From positions 1 to 41,290 of the IMG/VR virus record IMGVR_UViG_3300040971_000086: a DNA stretch of 41,290 nucleotides. One strand, given 5' to 3'. The notes beneath the pieces are model-generated. The model made no database searches. It was not told where the DNA came from and was given only the letters and a program-made list of their open reading frames with translations. Position 1 is the stretch's first letter. Each line of letters begins with the position of its first letter. The stretch is from a virus (taxonomy: Duplodnaviria > Caudoviricetes). This document shows positions 36,889 through 41,290 of the stretch, in pieces. The position numbers were made by a program, and so were the translations under genes.

Positions 36889-37731
36889 TTATGCAGTAAT
36901 TGCCACGGGTTGCGGCATGGTTTTACTCTGCGCAGGTTTTTCCTCTGGAATTATCCTGTTAACAATTGCCTCTGCAATCTTAAAAACCTCCTCTGCTCTT
37001 ATGTCTTCTGTGCTGCTATCCTTCAACCAGTTACTTATATATCCCCTGCTACGGCCATTATCAACACCCAGAGCAGCGCAAACCATGAAAGATGTTAATT
37101 CTGCTTCCATTTCTCCCACATTATAAGGGATATCGTCATTTCCCAGGTGCTTTAATTCAATATGTGCCACTTCATGGATAAGGGTCGCAACCATACTGGC
37201 ATCATTGTTTTTAGGTGCAATATTAATTTCAATCCCATTAGTAAACCCATTACTTAACCCCTCCGCCTGTAATATTATGGGAATTTGGGTTATTTTATCC
37301 GCAACCTCTTGGAAAGAGATTTCCCCTTGTACTTTGCGGTCATGTCCTATTTCCACAGGCTCGCCTTCTGTTTGGTTAACATCATAAACCGCGCCTGCCT
37401 TAAAAAAGATTTTATCCTCTTCGCTGCCCTTTTCTTTATAGAAGCCTGGGGTAATTATCCAAATTGCCTGTTCCCCTCTTTTAACTATGCGCCCCCTTTT
37501 TTTCCAAGACCCGTATCCTGCCATTAATGATACTTCTGGGTATTGCTGCCGCGCTAAAATATAATTCCTAAGGCTGTATCTGTGGAAACCTTGCGTCCAC
37601 CCTTTAACAAATGCCTTTAATTCCACTGGGTCTTGTATTAAATTATTTAATAGTTCTTTTTGACTGGTTTTTAGTAATTGCAGCCTGTCCTTTTTAGTCA
37701 TTTTCCGTGGTAATTCAAGTTTTTTTATCAT
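36889..37731 (-). CDS. ArdC-like protein: ssDNA-binding N-domain plus zincin-like HExxH domain
   Basis: YSLRNYIL...AGYGSWKKRGRIVKRGEQAIWIITP...VYDVNQTEG; TLIHEVAH...EMEAE...YISNW. Confidence 0.85.
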   Translation of the reverse strand: MIKKLELPRKMTKKDRLQLLKTSQKELLNNLIQDPVELKAFVKGWTQGFHRYSLRNYILARQQYPEVSLMAGYGSWKKRGRIVKRGEQAIWIITPGFYKEKGSEEDKIFFKAGAVYDVNQTEGEPVEIGHDRKVQGEISFQEVADKITQIPIILQAEGLSNGFTNGIEINIAPKNNDASMVATLIHEVAHIELKHLGNDDIPYNVGEMEAELTSFMVCAALGVDNGRSRGYISNWLKDSSTEDIRAEEVFKIAEAIVNRIIPEEKPAQSKTMPQPVAITA

Positions 37732-37762
37732 TTAGGGTTTGCCTCCTTTATTAAAAAAAAAA

Positions 37763-37981
37763 TTAATTAACCGTCCATATTTCCATGGCGCGGTTACTGT
37801 CAAATTTCCTTAATTTGTTTATGGAATTAATTAATATTTCTGTGGTTCTTTGGTATCCGTGGAAAATAACTATTTTTTCCCCGTCGGTCATTTTCGCAGT
37901 AATATTTCTAATTGTTTGCGTGGTTTTACTTTCCATATTATATATTTCAAATGTGTTAATCCCGTTTAATAAACTCATCAT
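37763..37981 (-). CDS. Hypothetical protein
   Basis: AGGAGGCAAAC RBS. Confidence 0.6.
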   Translation of the reverse strand: MMSLLNGINTFEIYNMESKTTQTIRNITAKMTDGEKIVIFHGYQRTTEILINSINKLRKFDSNRAMEIWTVN

Positions 37982-38020
37982 GTTGTTTGCCTCCTTTATA
38001 AAAAATATAAATAATTAATT

Positions 38021-38185
38021 TTATTCCTCGCATTGTTTGCAATGCCTGCATACTATATTAGAGTTATTTAAACAGGTTCCATTCTGTTTAAGGTATTCTT
38101 TCCACAGGCCAGGGCCTACATAAGCGTCTTTTTTTATTTCTTCTTCCCGTGCTTTGCTTCTAAATTCATTTATTTGTTTGTTCAT
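38021..38185 (-). CDS. Small Cys-rich protein, cassette-driven
   Basis: Start MNKQ at 38185; C...CRHCKQC. Confidence 0.65.
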   Translation of the reverse strand: MNKQINEFRSKAREEEIKKDAYVGPGLWKEYLKQNGTCLNNSNIVCRHCKQCEE

Positions 38186-38260
38186 GTTGGTTTGCCTCTG
38201 CAAGTTATGTTAGTTAATTATACATTATCCTGCGGACTATATAAAGGTTACGGTATAACC
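38186..38260 (-). promoter_or_regulatory. Promoter/leader cassette copy
   Basis: Consensus copy. Confidence 0.92.
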
Positions 38261-38303
38261 TCGCATTATTTATTTAAAAAAATACCAGGGAAAAATCCCT
38301 GTT

Positions 38304-38474
38304 TTAGGCTATCCTATTAAATTCATTTTCCCGGACTAATTTAAAAGGGTCATACGGTAATTGCACAAATACCATGCTCTCAAAAGTTTTAAATTTAATA
38401 ATTTTACTTACCCTCACAACCTGCCTTTTAAATTCCACATATTCCCCGACTTTTAATGGTTTATGGTTTTCCAT
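38304..38474 (-). CDS. Hypothetical protein (56 aa)
   Basis: Hand translation MENHKPLKVGEYVEFKRQVVRVSKIIKF...NRIA; AGGAGGCAAAGC-ATG. Confidence 0.6.
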   Translation of the reverse strand: MENHKPLKVGEYVEFKRQVVRVSKIIKFKTFESMVFVQLPYDPFKLVRENEFNRIA

Positions 38475-38516
38475 GCTTTGCCTCCTTTAAAAAAATAATT
38501 AAGGGTTTATTAACCC

Positions 38517-38705
38517 TTATTCCTCTTCCTCTATGTCTTCGTCGTAGTGCCCATTTAATATTGCTGCGGCTTCCATCATTGCAGCGCGCTTTGCAAAGTA
38601 GATTTGGGCTATTTCTGGGGTTTCTTCTGCTTTTCCCATTTCGTGGTATTCTGTGGCTTTTAATAAAATATGTGCTTTTCTTTGGTTGTTTGATTTATTT
38701 TTCAT
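38517..38705 (-). CDS. Hypothetical protein with acidic tail, cassette-driven
   Basis: Start MKNK at 38705. Confidence 0.65.
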   Translation of the reverse strand: MKNKSNNQRKAHILLKATEYHEMGKAEETPEIAQIYFAKRAAMMEAAAILNGHYDEDIEEEE

Positions 38706-38783
38706 GTTGGTTTGCCTCCAATGCAAGTAATGTTAGTTAATTATACATTCTCCTCCGGAGTATATAAAGGTTACGATATAACC
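38706..38783 (-). promoter_or_regulatory. Promoter/leader cassette copy
   Basis: Consensus copy; palindrome GGTTAtatcgTAACC. Confidence 0.92.
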
Positions 38784-38844
38784 TTTATAAAAGAAGATTG
38801 GAAAATCCTTTATAGATTATACTGATACTTTATATCTCCTCTCC

Positions 38845-38869
38845 ACTATATAAAGGTTACTCTCTAACC
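38845..38869 (-). promoter_or_regulatory. Partial cassette (palindrome plus TATA only)
   Basis: GGTTAgagagTAACC-TTTATATAGT without the leader. Confidence 0.8.
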
Positions 38870-38905
38870 CCGCATTATTTATTAAAAAAAATAATAGAAG
38901 CAAAC

Positions 38906-39478
38906 TTATACGCGCCTCCATTGCCTGCGATACCTACTCCAATAATAAACGCGTTTATGCTGTAACTTCCAACTGCGTTTATTATACACCTTATAAGTCC
39001 AAACAGTCCTTACTTTATACTCTTTCCTATATGTATGAGTATAACGCCTTTTAACTACATACTTGGCAGGTGCAATCTTAACAGTATTTGCATTATTAAC
39101 CGTGCTTGCCTTATTAGATACATTAACTCCCGCAGGTGTTAATCTCCACCTTCTTTTATGTGCCTTATCTAACCCAGTAACCCCGCAGAAGTCCGCATCG
39201 CATCTTCTGCAAGTTAATTCCCGCTCTGGGACTTTCTTGGGGTTCATAGTTAAGGTATTATGTCGCTTGCAGCCTGGGCAATAATTCTCCCAAGACCTAT
39301 AATGCCATTTATAAGCAAACCCAGACCGCCCCACAGAGGGCTTAAAATTACCAGAAATCACCGCAGCATTAACGCCAGGCTCTGGTTGAATAGACAGTAC
39401 ACATATAAAACTTAAAAAAAACAAAGCACAAACAAACAGGACTTTAACGCGTCCCGATAACGAAGGGTCATCATCCAT
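38906..39478 (-). CDS. Membrane-anchored/secreted Cys-rich protein with very basic C-terminus
   Basis: N-terminal hydrophobic segment; NYCPGC...TCRRCDADFC; K/R/Y/W-rich tail; TTTATATA about 25 nt upstream (39502..39509). Confidence 0.7.
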   Translation of the reverse strand: MDDDPSLSGRVKVLFVCALFFLSFICVLSIQPEPGVNAAVISGNFKPSVGRSGFAYKWHYRSWENYCPGCKRHNTLTMNPKKVPERELTCRRCDADFCGVTGLDKAHKRRWRLTPAGVNVSNKASTVNNANTVKIAPAKYVVKRRYTHTYRKEYKVRTVWTYKVYNKRSWKLQHKRVYYWSRYRRQWRRV

Positions 39479-39544
39479 GCTTTATTATTAATCTAAGCCC
39501 CTATATAAAGGCCTTACAGGGAAAAATATAAAAAAAATAGGATT

Positions 39545-40201
39545 TTATTTTAATGACATACTATAATAATAAATGCTTCTGCCGCCTGTTGCTAAATCTA
39601 ACATGACCGTGTTACAGAGTTTGTTTTCTCCCATAGTAGGGTCATTCGTAAGATAATTATTATTAATAATATCTTTAATTAAAATATAATGCCCATAGTC
39701 ATTCTTATATCTTAAACAGGGCGCTTTCTTTGTTTGTATGTGCGCCAATACTGGTCGTCCTTTATCCAAGGATTTCTTACATTCTACCTTATTTCGTGGA
39801 ATTCTTGTTAAATTAAATCCTAACTTTGCAGCGCCTGCTATTAATTTCTGCGGGGTTGTTCCGTTTACTGTGGTTCCGCAGGCATTCCGGAAAGCCTGTT
39901 CTGTTTTATAATTAAAGAGGGCAGCGCTTCCCATGCTTAAACTCGCAGGGCCGCAAGAGTATTTGTCATTCTGGTAATCTTGGGGGGCTGCGCTGTTATT
40001 TGTACCGAGGACAGTGGCAAACTCCGGCCATCTCCCACGATTAACGCGGAACTGGTTAACTCTATAAAATAAATCAAGATATTGTTCTTTTTTTATATTG
40101 CCTGCGCCTAATTTTAATAGGTTTGGCTGCCTGTCTTCGTCCTTAATAAAGTTCCTTATGCGTTCTTCTGCGTTTATTAAATCTTTTTTAATTACTTTCA
40201 T
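39545..40201 (-). CDS. Endolysin: pseudomurein-binding-like repeats plus C39 cysteine peptidase (PeiR-like)
   Basis: RIRNFIKDEDRQPN and RVNQFRVNRGRWPEFATV repeats; YQNDKYSCGPASL, GTTP, GHYIL, NDP. Confidence 0.8.
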   Translation of the reverse strand: MKVIKKDLINAEERIRNFIKDEDRQPNLLKLGAGNIKKEQYLDLFYRVNQFRVNRGRWPEFATVLGTNNSAAPQDYQNDKYSCGPASLSMGSAALFNYKTEQAFRNACGTTVNGTTPQKLIAGAAKLGFNLTRIPRNKVECKKSLDKGRPVLAHIQTKKAPCLRYKNDYGHYILIKDIINNNYLTNDPTMGENKLCNTVMLDLATGGRSIYYYSMSLK

Positions 40202-40557
40202 TATAGATTCTCCATATTTAATAAAATAAAAATAAAAAAACAGTTATTATAAAAAAATATAATAAATTTGGGAGTTTGGGTTTAATTTTAATATTATTAC
40301 ATGTTGTTAGATTTTAATTGCAATAATTTTAATAAATAGCGCATATTTTTTTTTTATTTGTAGAATTAGGTTATTTCAGCAGAGGGGAATTAATTGTTTA
40401 AAATAATATTAAAATTTATGAACACAAACCCTTACTCCCTGGGTGGTTGTAACCCTCTAATAAATACTGCAAAGTCCATTATTCTACTTTAATTATTTAT
40501 GTGCAAGACACATTATAAACCCCGCAGAGGGCTTTAATTAATATAATACTCATTATA

Positions 40558-40926
40558 TTACATAGTATTCATTAATTCTTTTAATTCATTTATTCTTGTC
40601 CTGGCATTTTCCCGGATAATCAAAGTTAAACTATGCGCGTCGGGTATTGGTTCGCCTCTTAACTGGTATTCCATGGCCTCCGTTACAACCGCATCGGTTG
40701 TCATTAATTCCTGGGTTATATCCTCTATTTCCGCCTGCATCTCATTTTTAACCGCCTGCTCCGCATCAAGCATTAATTCTCCATTAACATATTTAACAGG
40801 CTGCATTCCTTCAAATATTTGATTATAAAGTTCCTTTGTTACTTTTAATTTAATATCCCCGCTCCAATCCTCATTATATATTGCTACAACCTTATTTTCA
40901 TTTAAATTAATACTAATATCCATCAT
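40558..40926 (-). CDS. Putative tail fibre assembly/chaperone protein
   Basis: Follows the fibre gene; KYVNGELMLD...L..TD...R...R.RINEL pattern; GGGAGA RBS. Confidence 0.55.
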   Translation of the reverse strand: MMDISINLNENKVVAIYNEDWSGDIKLKVTKELYNQIFEGMQPVKYVNGELMLDAEQAVKNEMQAEIEDITQELMTTDAVVTEAMEYQLRGEPIPDAHSLTLIIRENARTRINELKELMNTM

Positions 40927-40931
40927 AAATC

Positions 40932-41290
40932 TTATCTCCCTATGGCAAACCACATTATAGTCGTTGCGGTGGTTGTACTCCTACCCAAGAATATATTACA
41001 CCCAGAGGTCGTTATATTCTGCGCAGCCACCCACATATTGGAGGCCGATGTAGAAAGCCCTGGCGACGGGGTAACTATTACATTAGGCGTATTTTGAAAG
41101 GTGAATGGAAATGTAACACTTGCCGACTCACTCGATGTACCTGTAACCGTTATACTTACCCGCCCCCATGCCATGCTTATTACTGCACTTCCATTGGCAT
41201 GATAAAAGCGGGTGTATCCGCTGCCCGTTCCAATTGCAAAGGCATTCATGGCCGCGGTATATCCTCCCATTGCATAGCCCCTTACTAAAT
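40932..41290 (-). CDS. C-terminal receptor-binding (gp53/H-type lectin-like) part of the junction-spanning tail protein
   Basis: MAWGRV....VTFPFTFQNTPNVIVT...ITTSGCNI....WFAIGR; in frame with 1..1369 across the junction. Confidence 0.75.
   Translation of the reverse strand, partial: LVRGYAMGGYTAAMNAFAIGTGSGYTRFYHANGSAVISMAWGRVSITVTGTSSESASVTFPFTFQNTPNVIVTPSPGLSTSASNMWVAAQNITTSGCNIFLGRSTTTATTIMWFAIGR

Noticed and set aside
40202-40557. ncRNA or ORF between the fibre chaperone and endolysin genes
   Set aside because: It is AT-rich with only very short ORFs and no convincing stem; probably terminator and promoter sequence.
41282-41290. attL/attR core of a provirus
   Set aside because: It falls inside a tail gene, with no integrase, tRNA or host flanks; a circular assembly overlap is simpler.
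40932-41290. Diversity-generating retroelement acting on the fibre tip
   Set aside because: I found no reverse transcriptase and no template repeat.

Overview
This is an apparently complete, circularly permuted ~41.3 kb genome of a tailed (siphovirus-type) virus. The host is most likely a pseudomurein-walled methanogen (Methanobacteriales), judging from an endolysin with pseudomurein-binding-like repeats plus a C39 peptidase, DUF11-like adhesin domains in the tail, and archaeal TATA promoters. The last 9 nt equal the first 9 nt, and one tail gene reads in frame across that junction. All credible genes are on the - strand except one 48-codon cassette. Modules: tail (1-10.9 kb and 40.5-41.3 kb); head and packaging (10.9-20.9 kb); a 7-deazaguanine DNA-modification cluster (parB-like, queD, queE, dpdA-like, queC, folE; 21.2-24.8 kb); holin-like genes; and an early region of small genes (27-39 kb) punctuated by a repeated ~75-bp promoter/leader cassette, with a repeat-rich origin candidate at 31.4-32.2 kb. 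I recognise no integrase, polymerase, helicase or primase. The most unusual signals are: (i) a ~400-nt non-coding segment closed by a 41-bp stem, whose three internal arms carry anti-Shine-Dalgarno sequences, directly behind an unlisted stand-alone TFB-type zinc ribbon gene; (ii) the repeated promoter cassettes, one inverted inside the late region; (iii) a transglutaminase/Pei-like domain at the end of the tape measure protein; (iv) a +1 TTT-CGC tail chaperone frameshift and a tail gene starting with ATA or made by readthrough; (v) apparent absence of GATC, CTAG, AGCT and ACGT. All calls come from manual motif reading, with no database searches.
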